From Monocercomonoides exilis PA203 (taxonomy: Eukaryota; Protista; Preaxostyla): a stretch of 64,000 nucleotides of DNA. Below the pieces are notes generated by a model that worked only from the letters and a program-made list of their open reading frames with translations, was not told the origin of the DNA and did no database searches. The position numbers and the translations under genes are program-made. The stretch covers positions 1,240,001 to 1,304,000 of the forward strand of contig LSRY02000022.1 of the NCBI GenBank assembly GCA_001643675.2, read 5' to 3'. Shown here piece after piece: positions 26,537 to 39,357 of this stretch (its first letter is position 1; each line of letters begins with the position of its first letter).

Positions 26537-27950
26537 TCAAATAAACACAAAATAATTAAAAATGTTTGAAGATAATTCATAAAAATATTTTTGTTGAAGA
26601 AAATCAAATGTTTCATGAAAGCCAATGATGATATCTTCGTATCCTTCTTCTTCCATCTTTTCAAACACTTTCCTTTTCAACTCTTTTCTTTCCACTTCTT
26701 CCATTTCATCTTTCTTTTTATCTTTCAATTGAATGGAGATCAATTTAAAGAATTTCAAGCAATCACTTGTCTTCTCGTCATCAAGTGTTTGTTCCTGAAT
26801 CTCCTCCAAAAAGAGATCAACGATTCCTTCCTTCAAAAAAACTCCAATTTTCACAGTCTTGTTGAATGCTGCTCTTGAAAAAAGTTCAATGCATCTGGCC
26901 CGAAAGAGTGTGTATTTTTTCTTTGATGCTAGAAATAACTGAACAATGTTGTGAATAAGTTCAGCATATTCTTCATTCCACATTTCGCATTGACATAAGA
27001 ACTCTTCAATTGTTTCAAGCCATCTCATCGAAACATCCTCTTCTTTCATAACTTTTCCCACTTCAATTTTTTCTTTCTTTTTCAAATCTATGCTTTTCAT
27101 CAGCTCTTTCACTTCTCTTCTTGCCTCTCTCGCAAAATGCAGCTCATTCACTATTACCATTTCCAAACTTTGTTCAAAGAACAATCTTTTTATTAAAAAC
27201 TGCCACGCTGACTGATAAGCAAGTCGTGTCAGATTGTTGTGTTCCTGATGATATTTGATGATTTCTTTAATTTCAGTCAAAAACAGCTCCTGCTTTATTT
27301 TCTAATAAAAAAAGAGGGAAAATAAATTACAGCATAAAAATGAAATTGAAATGCTCATACAAATTCTACGATCATGCTCAAAATCAGAAAAATCATTTCC
27401 ACTTCCATTTGCGTTTCTTCATTCTCCTCTTTCTTCAATGCAGCTTTCAGAAGGCAAGGCACACAAACAGCTAGCAATTCTTCGTTAATACTGATGAAGC
27501 ATAACATAAGACTGCATTCGCAAAGATCAATAAGCAGCTTCTCGTTCTTTTCTTCTTTCTTCTTATTTTCTTCAATTATCATCCTCCCAAATCTTTTGCT
27601 CAATGAAGAATAATCAAATCCATCAATAAATAACTCATTCAGCACATTGCAATATCCGACATGCTTCGGCAGCAAAATTGCATTTTTTATTGACATTTTC
27701 TTTTCTTCAATCATTTTTTCTATTTTGTTGAATGTTTCTTCTGTGAAAACGGATTTGAATTCTTCTTTATTCATTCCATCAATCATTTTATTCATTTCAA
27801 CGATTTTTTGTTTCTGTTCAGCTTCAGTGATTTGTTCCAACTGTGAAAGTTTCTCTTTAAAAAAATTGAAAAATCAAAAAAGAAAAAAGAAGCATTTATT
27901 TTTAAAACCAACTATTTCTTATTACATTTTGCAAACCGTAAAATATTTGT
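26537..27950 (-). CDS. YHQEH family protein, copy 2 (start codon not resolved)
   Basis: Exon 2 (~27361-27855) KLSQLEQ...LIDLCEC...EVEM; intron ~27302-27360; exon 3 KIKQELFLTEIKEIIKYHQEH...EEEGYEDII, stop at 26537. Confidence 0.7.
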
Positions 27951-29719
27951 TTCGTTGAAGGTGACTATGAAATCGTAAAATGATTTCAAAACAACAAATA
28001 AATTCGTTTTCGAAATTTTCATGGCGTAATTGAATCAATAGAATTAAAAACACCAAATCAATTATCAAACAACATAAAAGTCCATACGTCTTCGTGTTTC
28101 ATCAATGGTTTTTGCCTCAAAGAAAGAAAATTCATGAAATAAAAAAAACTTGTTTTTGAACAAATAAATAAGGGTTAACAGCCATAAATTATATAAGTGA
28201 AGATTTTTGATAAATTATTTGCTGCAGCCAGAACATATTTGAGCTGCTTAGTTGCAGGGTTTCAGATGCACCCATGTGAGTTATAACATTGCAGAAGAAC
28301 AGGGATTTTTTATTTCCAGATGAAGGAGCGAGCTGCTGTTTGCATCAATTGCTTATGAAAAGTGAATTGGCAGGGGAAAATCAGCATGAAATACGAGCAT
28401 GGTTATTTATTGCAAAGTATGTGATGCAACATCGTCTGTAATATTTTGAATGAAAAATAACTCAAGCAAGATGAAGAAAAAGCGAGCAGAATATCTGAAA
28501 GATTGAATTGAACCGTTTTGTCATTTTGTGGGAAATACAGTTTATTTAGAATATCTTTTGCGCAGGATTTATTTTGTGGAAAAGGAAAGGGAATTGGGGA
28601 TTGAACAATGGAGGAAGCGAGCAGAGCGAAACTCTCAGCAGGCCTCAATTACAATCGCATTTGCATTTTGCACAAAGCATGCTGGTATGCTATCGGCAAA
28701 GACTTAACATTGAATAAGTCCTTGAATAGGAGTTCATTTCTTGTTTATTTGGAGAACATGAATTTTCACTTGACTTCATAAGCAGTTTTACAATGGATTC
28801 TAAGAACAAGAAGACCTGTTGGATCGATAATTACCAATCCATTGGAGATGGGAAAATTATTCTAGATCAAGAAGATGGTTTGGCTTTTTTTCTTTCATTC
28901 ATGTTTCTTTTAAGTGTTCTTTGAATGAATACAGATTGGTCATGAACAGGAATGCCATCGAAAGAAAAGCCTTTTTATCCTTTTTCAAAAGAACCAGAAG
29001 TTTTGAGATTATTCTTGTTTGGATTGCTTTCAACGATAACATCCGTGACTTCTGCCATCTGTTATGCATGCTGCATAGCCTTACAATGCTTGACATGAGT
29101 TTGCAAGAGAGAGAAAAGCAGTTTGTTTGGCTTATTTGTTGAGAGTGTTCGGCAGAGGCGAATCTTTCATCAGAGATGATGAGCTGACAGGGTACTCTCG
29201 TTCACAACAAATTCAACTTTTTTTGTCGATCAATTTGAATTGGAAAAGTTGACATCTTCTATTTTTTTTCACCTTCTTCTTCACCTTCGCTATCATTCTC
29301 AACAGTCTCGCTTCAACAAAAGATGCTCATTGCCAGAATCGACACATCAATCACATGATCAAAAAATTCGTCATTTTCTTCTTATTTCATTTGAAATTTT
29401 TGCAATTGAAGTCAACTTCTTCAATCGTCAATGCTTTCTTCGATTTCGAATTCTTCTCTTCCAATATCCTCACAATGCATTAAATTCTTTGAACTGTTAA
29501 CATCATTGGACAAAGATAATTTTCCTTTTCTGAGGGAAAAACAGTTCAACCACACAAAGGCAGTCAACGATTTGTAGATTTCTATCTTCATCAGTTTGCA
29601 TCTCTTTCCCTTTCACATATTTTGTGATAAAGATTGTTTATTTCATCTGAAATCAACTCATCGAATGATTTGTTTTTATCAATCGACGTCACTAAAATCA
29701 TTTTCAACATCTTAATTTT

Positions 29720-31312
29720 TTGTTTTGGGTATATTTCACTATTCTCAATCACTCAGCCTTCTACACCTTTTTCTTCACCTTTTTTCTTTTCTCCTCCTCC
29801 TCTTCTTCTTCTTCTTCCACCATCTTCTCCTCTGCCTCCACCTCTCCTCTTCATCCTTCTCTTTATTCTCCTCTTTCTCTCAGCCCTCTTTTGGATGTTT
29901 CATATTCCATGCCTCTCACACTTGATTCTACCCCTCCTCCTCCTCCTTCTTCCTTTTCTTCTTCTTCTTCACTTTCTCCTCCTCCTACTTCCTCTTCCTC
30001 ATCCTCCTCCTCTTCCTCTTCCTCTTCCTCTTTTTCTCCTTCTCCTTCTCCCTTTTCTGAGTTTTCTGAGTTTTCAGAGTTGTCTTTGAATGACTGCTGC
30101 TTTTGGGAAGCGGAGAATGAAGAAGAAATTAATATTGCTGTTAATTCTTCTTCTTCCTCCTCTTCTTCTTCTTCCTCTTCCTCTTCTTCTTCCTCTTCTT
30201 CAAATTCTAATTCGAATTCTTCTTCCTCTTCTTCTTTGAATTCTTCTTTAAACTCTTCTTCCTCTTCTTCCTCTTCCAATGTTTCTGATTCTATTGTTGA
30301 CTGTGATAAAGTCAATATAAATACAAATAATAATCATAATCATAATCATAATAATACTTTTAATGCAAATCATCCATGTTCTTCTAATTCTCCTTCTTCT
30401 AATTCTTATTCTTCTGATTCTAATTCTAATTCTGTTTCAAATTCTTCTAAACCTCTTTTTTCTTCTTTATCTTCATTGCCTTCTTCTTCTTCTTCTTCTT
30501 CTTCTTCTTCTTCTCTTTCCTTTCACAAAGATATTCATATTTCTCAATTGAAGGACATTAGTGAACATGAGGAGGAAAAGGAAAAAGAGGAAGAGAAAGA
30601 GAAAAAAGAGAGAAAAGAAGAAGAAAATGAAAAGGAAAATGAAAAAGAGAAGAAAGAAGAAGAGAAAGAAAAAGTTGAAAAAAAAACCGAAATTCAATCA
30701 GAAGTGAATATTTCAAACAAAACATCGGGAGAAGAAGAAGACAAAGATAAAGACAAAGAATTTATAAACGTCAAAGATGAAAAAGAAAAAGAAGAAGAAG
30801 AAGAAGAAAGGAAAGAAAATGAAGAAAACAGAGAAGAAAATAAAGAGAATAAAGAGGAAAATAAAGAGGAAAATAAAGAAGAAAATAAAGAAGAGGAAGA
30901 AAAAGATCCGTTTTGGGAGCTATTTCCTCGGAATGTGTGTGTTCACAGGGCAGGCAAGCGCAGACAGCAAGGAAGACGTTCTATTTCTCCGAACCGATTG
31001 GGATTTCGGAGAAATTCGGAGAGAGAAGGGAGAGAAGGAAAAGAAGGGAGAGAAAGAGAAGAGGAAGAGGGAAAAGAAAGAGAAAGAGAAAGAGAAAGAG
31101 AAAGAGAAAGAGGAGGAAAGGAAGAGAAAGGAAGAGAAGAAGAGGAAGAAAAGGGAGAAGGAGAAAGAGAGGGAGAAGGAGAAGGAAGGGAAATAGAATT
31201 TGAAGGAGAAGGAAATTTCAGCAAGGGATGTGAAGGGTTGTTGAATGAGGTGGAGAAAATGATGGAAAGAGGAACATTTATGGAAGAGAAGAAGGTTGAT
31301 TGCTTGTGTTGA
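29720..31312 (+). CDS. Low-complexity Ser-rich / Glu-Lys-rich hypothetical protein (5' end uncertain)
   Basis: 530-codon open frame built from the same poly-Ser and purine-rich blocks as the channel gene, with short unique islands (LNDCCFWEAE, DPFWELFPRNVCVHRAG). No domain recognised. Confidence 0.35.
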   Translation: MFWVYFTILNHSAFYTFFFTFFLFSSSSSSSSSTIFSSASTSPLHPSLYSPLSLSPLLDVSYSMPLTLDSTPPPPPSSFSSSSSLSPPPTSSSSSSSSSSSSSSFSPSPSPFSEFSEFSELSLNDCCFWEAENEEEINIAVNSSSSSSSSSSSSSSSSSSSNSNSNSSSSSSLNSSLNSSSSSSSSNVSDSIVDCDKVNINTNNNHNHNHNNTFNANHPCSSNSPSSNSYSSDSNSNSVSNSSKPLFSSLSSLPSSSSSSSSSSSLSFHKDIHISQLKDISEHEEEKEKEEEKEKKERKEEENEKENEKEKKEEEKEKVEKKTEIQSEVNISNKTSGEEEDKDKDKEFINVKDEKEKEEEEEERKENEENREENKENKEENKEENKEENKEEEEKDPFWELFPRNVCVHRAGKRRQQGRRSISPNRLGFRRNSEREGREGKEGREREEEEGKERERERERERERGGKEEKGREEEEEKGEGEREGEGEGREIEFEGEGNFSKGCEGLLNEVEKMMERGTFMEEKKVDCLC

Positions 31313-32356
31313 AGAAGGATATTTGAATGAGAGAGAGAGAAAGAGAGAAAGAATGAAGGTGAAGAAGAAAGAAAGAGAAAGAGAAAGAGAAACAAAGGAA
31401 AAGATAATCTGAGTGAGCAGCTGTTCTTTGCTGTTTTTGGCGGATATGCAGAAATAATGAAATTGTAATAGAATGTTATACAAATATTATTTTATAACAT
31501 AGTATTATATTTGTTTGTTGGTTTGTTTTCTTTAATTTATCAAAATGTGAATCATCGTAATAGTCATTTAGATTTGTGCACTTGACAACACCAGGAAAAA
31601 TTAATTATTTTATTATATTTTTTATTTATTTTTTTCGACTCAGTATTAGACGAATGAACACTTGTGCATATCTTTCAATCTTTTCTGAATGAATGATAGT
31701 CTTATTTGCATTGTTTCGGTGATGGACTTGCTTGTTTATTCAGAATAGTTTTTTATATATTCGCGTTTTATTTTGAATAATACATCCTATTTTCCAAATC
31801 TTTTTTGATTAGTATTCAAGATTGATTTTTCTTTAATAATATTAAACAATAAATTTCTTTGTATTTTTTCCTAATTTGCAACACTTTTTATTATTTTGAA
31901 ATTAAATGCTATTTTATGAAGTTGTTTGTTCCTTCTTTTTTTCATTTTGTTTTTGTTTCTCTCATTTTCAAATATTGCATGTTTATCACATTGATTCAAA
32001 TAACGATTATTGCACAAATAGAGTGAGAACAGCTTGAATTTTCGGAATGTTTGGGGCGAGCAAATTTATTTTTATTTGATCTTTCAGACATCTTTAAACA
32101 TCCTGATGTGAAACAATGCTGGATTTGAAAATGTGCTGATTTTGACAATTCTGTGAGATTAATGCACATTTCTTCTTTATGTGACGCCTTGCTTTTATGT
32201 TGAGAAAAAAAGACAAGTTTTGCACTCATAATAAAATCCACAAAGATCAATGTTCCTTTTTGAGGATTATTCAAGTTTGAAAATGAAACCACCAGAGTAC
32301 ATGTTGGAAGTTTGGTGTTGTTATTGTGTTTTGCATCTGACAATTTGATTTGCACA

Positions 32357-33927
32357 ATGGACGTGATTTCAACTTCCATTTTCCTCATTTCAACAAATTT
32401 GTTTGTTGCAAAAAAACTGACGGATGCAGTTCGAGCCAATGCCAGACGAACTGGAAAGCATGTCAGATGTTTCAGTTAGACATTTCATCATTTTGTTGTT
32501 GTTTTGTTTTTTTCAGAAAAGCTTGATGAGATTAAGCAATCTGAAGGTGATGCCCAAATTCAAAGCATTGAAGAGTTTTTTGCTCTTCTTGAGCAAGGTG
32601 ATAATGAAACTGTGGAATCCGCAATATCTTTAATGTTTTTTATTGAAATCAATGATGCAATTGAAAACGGGCACTTGCGTTTGGAGAATTCGATTTTATT
32701 GCTCAAGCGGATTGGCTTTTGCAAATTGTTGAACGTGTGTGGATATCTGAATACGACGAATGCACTTTACACAAAAGATTCGAAAAGTTGGTGCTGGAAG
32801 AAGAAAACAAGAAAGGGGAAAAGAACGAAAAGCTGATGATCGACCTTTGCGAATGCTTTCTTGCTTTGTTTGAAGGAATTCCAGACGCATCAAAGGATAC
32901 CGTTGCTGTTAGTGTCCGTTGTGTGATGAAGGCTGCAATGAGCAAAGAGAAGGATGAGAAAACTCAAAAAGAAGTGGAAATGGCCTTGCTTGCTTTGAGC
33001 AATGCAAAATATTTTGATGTGTGAAAGTTTGTTCATTGATTCAATAATTCGTTTGTTGGTTTGTTGTTTTTTGAATAGTGTGACAACAGGGTTCAATTCC
33101 TTGATGAAAGTGTTGAAATCATCAAATATCACCAGGAGCATCACAACCTCACCAGACTTGCGTATCAATCTGCTTGGTGTTCCATTGTTAATCAGGCAAG
33201 CAATGACGAGAAAATGGGGAAAACGGTTGAAAATGAACTGAATTTTTGCAAAGAGGCAGAAAGAGAATTGGATGAGCTGTTGAGGTGTGTGAATTGGAGG
33301 AAAAATGAAAAGGAGATAGATGAAAATTTTGAGGTTCGCCTGATGAAAAGATGGCTTCGAATAATCAACGCATATTTCTTCAATAACACTTTGAGAGGAG
33401 ATGAAGTTTTGAGGCTGATTGCATGTGTTGTGAGACTTTGTCAGACTGTTAAGAATTCGAGCAAAACAGCTTTTGGGAGTGGAATGTTCATTTTCCAAAA
33501 GATAATCAGAAGTTGCTTGGGAAACGTTGATTTTTTGCTGAGAAGGGGAGCAATGGATTATCTTTTTCAGGAGCTGATCCAACCGACATTCAGATGTGAC
33601 ACTTTTGGAAAGTGCATGCAGTTCTTTTCAGAGCTGTCAATTGCGTTGCACGGAGAAAAAGTCAACACGAATGTTGAAGATGATGAAAGTGAGGATTTGG
33701 ATGTGTTTGAATGGGAAGGCGAAGGTGGTCAAGATGATAAGTGTGATGAATACAATGATTGCGATGAAAATGGCAAAGAAATTGACAATGACGAAGTGAT
33801 AAATGCCGATGAAAATGAAAAACCCAATGGCACTGATGAGGCAAAGAAAATGTTGATAAAAAGAGTAATATTGAATAAGTCAGAGGAAGAAGGGGATGAA
33901 GATATTATCTTCAGCTTCGAAACTTAA
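32357..33927 (+). pseudogene. YHQEH family copy 3, frameshifted in exon 2, with an acidic insertion
   Basis: Family homology switches from ORF 32504 (LLLKRIGFCK) to ORF 32719 (LHKRFEK...IDLCEC) near 32740. Exon 3 (IIKYHQEHHNLTRLAYQSAW) continues into ORF 33214..33927. The frameshift could be a sequencing error. Confidence 0.6.
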
Positions 33928-34448
33928 CTTCCATGGTTAAAGTGTTATTCATTTGCATCGGGCGATGCAAGTGATTATCACATTTGAAACTGAATCAGGA
34001 GATTCTGATTGAGGTCAGTGATTTTATGTTTATATCTCATGAGAAGAGCATTCACGTTGTCTGTACAGATGAGTTTAAATATGAGTTTATTGTTTCATTC
34101 ATTAACATTGTTTATGCATTTTCTTCTTTTATTTTCTCCTTTAATAATCTGATTATTGTTGATTTCAAGTTGTGTATGTTAAATTATGAAACTCTCTTGA
34201 AAGGAATAAATGTCATGTTTTCAAACAAGTGACAAAATGAGAGAATAGAAAATTTATTTTTTTTTAATTTCAACATCGAACAATTATTTTTGTATTATAG
34301 CTTTCTTTTGGCTTTTATTCACAAAGTTTGAAGAAAATCTGAAAAATGAATGATTGCACTATTCTGGGAAAAAAAATCAAAAAATTGAACGAAAAAAGAT
34401 TTGATTGTTTGGCAACACAATGATTTCATTTGAAAAATGAAGATAATT

Positions 34449-36491
34449 CTGTGTGGACGATATTTGCACACAACGAATATCTTTCACTACACAAAAAATC
34501 ATGATTGGGAAGAATTGAGTAAAAAGGCAAATGTTATTTTATGAAAAAGATATTCTAATAGTGAAAGAAGAGTTTTATTTTGTCTGATATTTGTGATCTT
34601 TTTGTTGCATCAACGAATATTTTGGAATGAAAACTATCGTGCAGCTTTTTGAGTTATCTTTGTTTATTTTTCATTTTTTTTATATTTCACTCATCGAAAT
34701 AATTGTATCATAAATCGTTTTTATTGATTGAAAGCTGACCGACATTTTTTTATTGATTTTTTGATAAACATCTTTAGCATTTCTTTCATGATTGAAAATC
34801 GTTTTTCATAATGATACTTATTATTATAAAGAATTATGTTAATCAACAGTTTTTTCTCATTTTTCAAATGAGCTTGAAAAGAAAAATGATATAGTTCTAT
34901 TTTTAATTGTGGCAAACATGTTGCTGATCCTTTTTGAAATTAAACTTTCGTTAAAGTCTTGATCAAAATTTTGTTTTCAGTAGGATTTTGAAAAAAAAAG
35001 AGTTTGAACTGAAAATACTTGTTGTTTATGATATAGCTATTGCAAAAACTAATTTTGATTCAAATCCAATTGAGATTAAATTTTTGATCAAAACTCAAAC
35101 GAAAGTATGATTTGAAAAGGATCAGCCATGTAATCTACAAGATCAACAAAATAAAACATTTTTTTTTCACGAATTCTTGCAGTTAATATAAAAATGTCAC
35201 ACTCAACGACATAGAGAAAATTAAAATTTGAAAATATTCGAAGATTTGAATTCAAGTTTAATGTGACAGATCGATTATTAGTATTCATTAAAATATATGA
35301 TGTTTCATGTCATCTGAAGATAAAGTATTATCAACGTTTCAAAAAGAAAAACACATTTTTTCAAAAAATGAAAATGCAGAATAATAGCAATAATCTCATT
35401 TTTATCGTTATCGTTTTGATTGAATTTTTCAAAAGAAAAAAAAGGAATATGATAGGAAATAAATACAACATTTGGATTTGTTTCAAGTGCAAGTTTACCA
35501 TCAGTTCCGTTCATGTAGTTATTGTTGAAAATAAAACTGAAAAACAAGCTGAGAGTTACTCTTTGTTTTTTGTTCATTCTTCGAAAAACATCTTTTTGAC
35601 ATGTTTTTTTGACATTATCTTTTAAGAGAAAAAAGATTTTTATTCGAGCAAGTGGGAGATTGTTTTTGAGATCTTAACTTTTTTCGGGTTGTTTTTATTA
35701 TTATTCATTGTCATTTGATTTTCAATTCTCATTCTTTTATGAATTGCTAATGTCTCGTTTCAAGAGACATTGTTTAACAAGAAAAAAATTGAGGAGGAGT
35801 CAATAAATTTATCTTTCACTTTTCAGTGTTTTTTTATGAATATTCATAACAAATATTCCTATAGAAATTTTTGATAGAAAAAATATGATATCAAAAACAA
35901 TCACACAAGTGTTTGGATGAAAAACGTTATCAGTGTTCGGAATGATAACCAGAAAAGAATTGGAGGACAGGAGATAATTGTGAAGATAAATGAAGCTCTG
36001 TGAAAATAAAAAAAATAATCGTTAAAAAAATCATATGAAATATCGATTTTTGTTTAAGTCGAAATGTCAAAAGGCAAAGGCAGAGGTTCAGGTGATTGAT
36101 CAATGATGAAAATTTCTATTGAAAAAACTGAATTTCATCCAAAATTGATACAAATAATAACTCGAATGAATGGATATCGGATCAATGACAAAGCTCATAT
36201 CGTATCATATGCAATATAGTCAGTTACAGAATATGGTTTTTTTCTTTTTCTTTTTTTTCTTTCTTTTCATACAGAAATTGAGGACTTCGATAAATCCTTT
36301 GAAGGATACTGCGAAGTTTTGAATTTCTTTTTCTATCAGTCCGGAAAGAGAATGAATGACTAACTGATCAAATTGCGAAATTTCTGTTTCTACACTCATT
36401 GTCATAACATATAACGATGAAAAATTAAAAACTGTCATTTTATGAGTAAATAATGAATTGAATTAAGTAATAATGAAAATTTAATCGAAAC

Positions 36492-36539
<48 letters not shown>

Positions 36540-37648
36540 AAATCATTAACATTGCTTTTGAATTTTGGAATGATAATTTGCATTAAATATTTTTGAAATG
36601 AACAATGAAAAATCAAAACGTCGTTTTCATTGAACATTGAAATGTATTTGTTTCAAATGTTGGTTTTCTAATCGATTGTGATTTTTGAGACTCTTTCTCA
36701 TAAAACTATTTCAAAAATTTACACCCTTTATAAAGATATAATATCAAAAATTATAACTTAAATGAATGAAAATGTTTCTGATTTCAATATTATTTTTCCT
36801 GAAAATAGAAATGATAATGATTTCGATCCATTTGGAGCAGAAGATGAAAATAAGTATGAAAGTTCGAATTTTCCCCTCATCTTTTCTATGTTTATAATAT
36901 TTTGGAAACTTCCTTTCAAATATATCCAAAGACGCTTCAATTTTTTTAACAATAATAATTCTATCAAAAACCAAATTCCTCCATTTTTCAACTAAAGTTG
37001 AAATATATTTTGTGCTCTCATGATGACTTTTGTGATGAAATAACAAAAATTCTTTTGTTTTGGAAGCGCTCCCATTAGCCCAGAAATAATGTCTATTCAT
37101 AATCTTAAGATTCAGTCGATAGAAATGCTTTTTCATAAGCAAAAAATGAGAAAAAAAAAAAAAGACTTATTTTCCGCTAACAAAATTTACTAACGTACGT
37201 GAAGACAAAATTATCTTTACGTCACATAGGCTTTTATAAACACAATAAGGTATTTTCGATGAAGAGTTTATTTTTTTTTTTTTTTTGAAAATGATGATAC
37301 GTCTTTTTATTAGAAATTCTGATGCAGAAAACATTCAAAAAAGAATTTCCTAAAAAAAATTATCAAATGCGATGGAATTGTCCAAATCCAGAAAGAAGTT
37401 TATTATTTCATTAATAATCATAGACTTTTCATTGAATATTCTGTATTATGTTCGTTTATTCAAAAAAAAAAAAATTCATGAAATCGAAAAAATTATGGAA
37501 ACACCAATTTATCAATTATAATTCATTGAAAATCCTTTTTCAATGAAAAAACATGATTTTATTAAACAAAATGTATTATTTTAAAAAAAATTTATCAATT
37601 CTTTTTATGGAATGAATTAATTTGCTTTGTGAATTTCGTTCCACACAG
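34449..37648 (+). mobile_element. Highly decayed Merlin (IS1595/ISXO2-like) DNA transposon
   Basis: 35953-35997 translates KRIGGQEIIVKINEA, resembling the Merlin KIGGxGxIVEIDES motif, followed by stops. Upstream CFKC; downstream HTEIE. Degenerate inverted termini CTGTGTGGA(A)CGAxATT at 34449 and 37648. TGAAGAT lies a few bases outside both ends. Confidence 0.45.
36495..36538 (+). repeat. Poly(T) run (44 nt)
   Basis: Homopolymer seen directly. Confidence 0.9.
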
Positions 37649-37946
37649 CGCTTTGAAGATTTTTCTCAACAAATTAATATTTCAATATTTATTTTGCGTG
37701 AGAATGTCAGAATTACAATTATTTGATTGCAGAAAAAGTTTGGAACAAATCATTGAATTTTTCATAAGTGCAAGAAATACCACAAACATCAAATGAAAGA
37801 TCATTAAAGAATGCATAACTTTTTTTTGAGATTTCTTATTTGATAATATTTTGGAGACCAATTTTTCTTTAATTTATATCATCCGGAGATAATCGCTTCA
37901 GTGTTTATTTTATCTTGAAAATTGCAAAGAATTAGCAACATATTTT

Positions 37947-39357
37947 ATGGATAATTTTGAAACGAGAGAATCTGGAATTGTGACACAATCGGCAAAGCGA
38001 AAGAAACCTTTTGAAAGTGTCATTTTTATTTATTTCACTTTCAATGCTTTTTCTTTTTGATTTATCTTTCAAACAAGTGTTGTTGAATGAACTTGAAAAG
38101 TGATCTTGTTCAAAGCAGATTTTTAAATTAGATGAGATTTGTAAATCACTTGAAGAAATAGATCGGAGCGAAATTAAAACGATTTTGAAAGATAAACTTT
38201 TAGAAAATATAGAAGCAATGATTGAAAAAAAGAAAATATCATTGAATAATGCTATCTTTTTGATGAAGCATATTGCATACAATGCATCATTGCAGGACAT
38301 ATTTCCTCCTTGTTTTAATGACTCGCATTTGTGTAAACGCTTTAAATTGATGATTATTGCAGAAGAGCAGAAAAAAGAAGGAATAAAAGGAAAACTTTTG
38401 ATTGATCTTTGTGAATGTTACCTTTTGCTTTCAAGTTTTGAAAACCATTCACCGGGAAAATTGATTTCTGTTTGTGTGAGTTGTCTTTTTAAAGTTGCAT
38501 TAAAGAAAGAGGAAAATGAGGAAATAAGAAAAGAAGTGGAAATAGCATTGCTTGCTTTGAGTCGAATACTTCAGGTTTTCATTTGATTAATTATTTGAGA
38601 TTTATTTTTGATGATTAATTATTCTTTAACACAGAAAATTGGCAAGGAGTTATATCTGAAAGAGATCAAAGAGATTATCAAGTATCATCAGGAACACAAT
38701 AATCTGACACGACTTGCATATCAGTCAGCTTGGCAGTTTTTGATAAACAGAAAGAATTCAGAAAGAGAATCGGAAGATTTTGTTGTGAATAAGTTGCAAT
38801 TTGTGCGAGAATTTACGGAAGAATTGGAAGAGCTCGCAAAGTTCGTAAATTTGAAGAAAAAGGAAAAGAAGGAGAAACGCTTCAAAGAAGAGAAAATCAT
38901 AAAGAGATGGTTTATTCCTCTTCAATATATCTGTCTCGGTTGTAACTTGAGATGCATCAAAGAGAAAGCTGAGCTGATAACATGCTTTGTCAGAATGTAC
39001 TGGGTAGGAAGTGCTTTTGAAAAAAGGATAAGCAGATTATGTGTGAATATTTTCGATGGAATGATAATTTCAGATGGTATTTCAAAATCAGTTTTTGTTG
39101 AATGCAAAGCGGTTGAATGCATTTTGTGCGAAATGTGTCAATCTTCATTGGACGACAACACAATTGCGCTATGCACTGAAATATTTGACACACTCTTGGA
39201 AAGAACGAACACATTTTCAAATGAAGTGAAGATTGAAGAATGGAAGAAGATGAAAAGAATGATGTTTGAAGTGATGGAAGAACGAGGCTTTCAAGATATT
39301 ATTTTGAGCTTTCATGAAACTCCAAAGTCCCTCTACGAAATAATTGGACGACGATAG
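37947..39357 (+). pseudogene. YHQEH family copy 4, 3 exons, single in-frame TGA at 38101
   Basis: Exons 37947-38016, 38078-38574 and 38635-39357 splice in frame: ...PFEMLLNELEK*SCSKQ...IDLCECY...IKEIIKYHQEHNNLTRLAYQSAW. Confidence 0.65.

Noticed and set aside
28200-29200. GC-richer stretch resembling a decayed helical-repeat gene (e.g. KACWYAIGK)
   Set aside because: Stops in all frames and too little similarity to name without a search.
36495-36538. Poly(T) run as the tail of a retroposed copy
   Set aside because: No target-site duplication or recognisable parent sequence seen.
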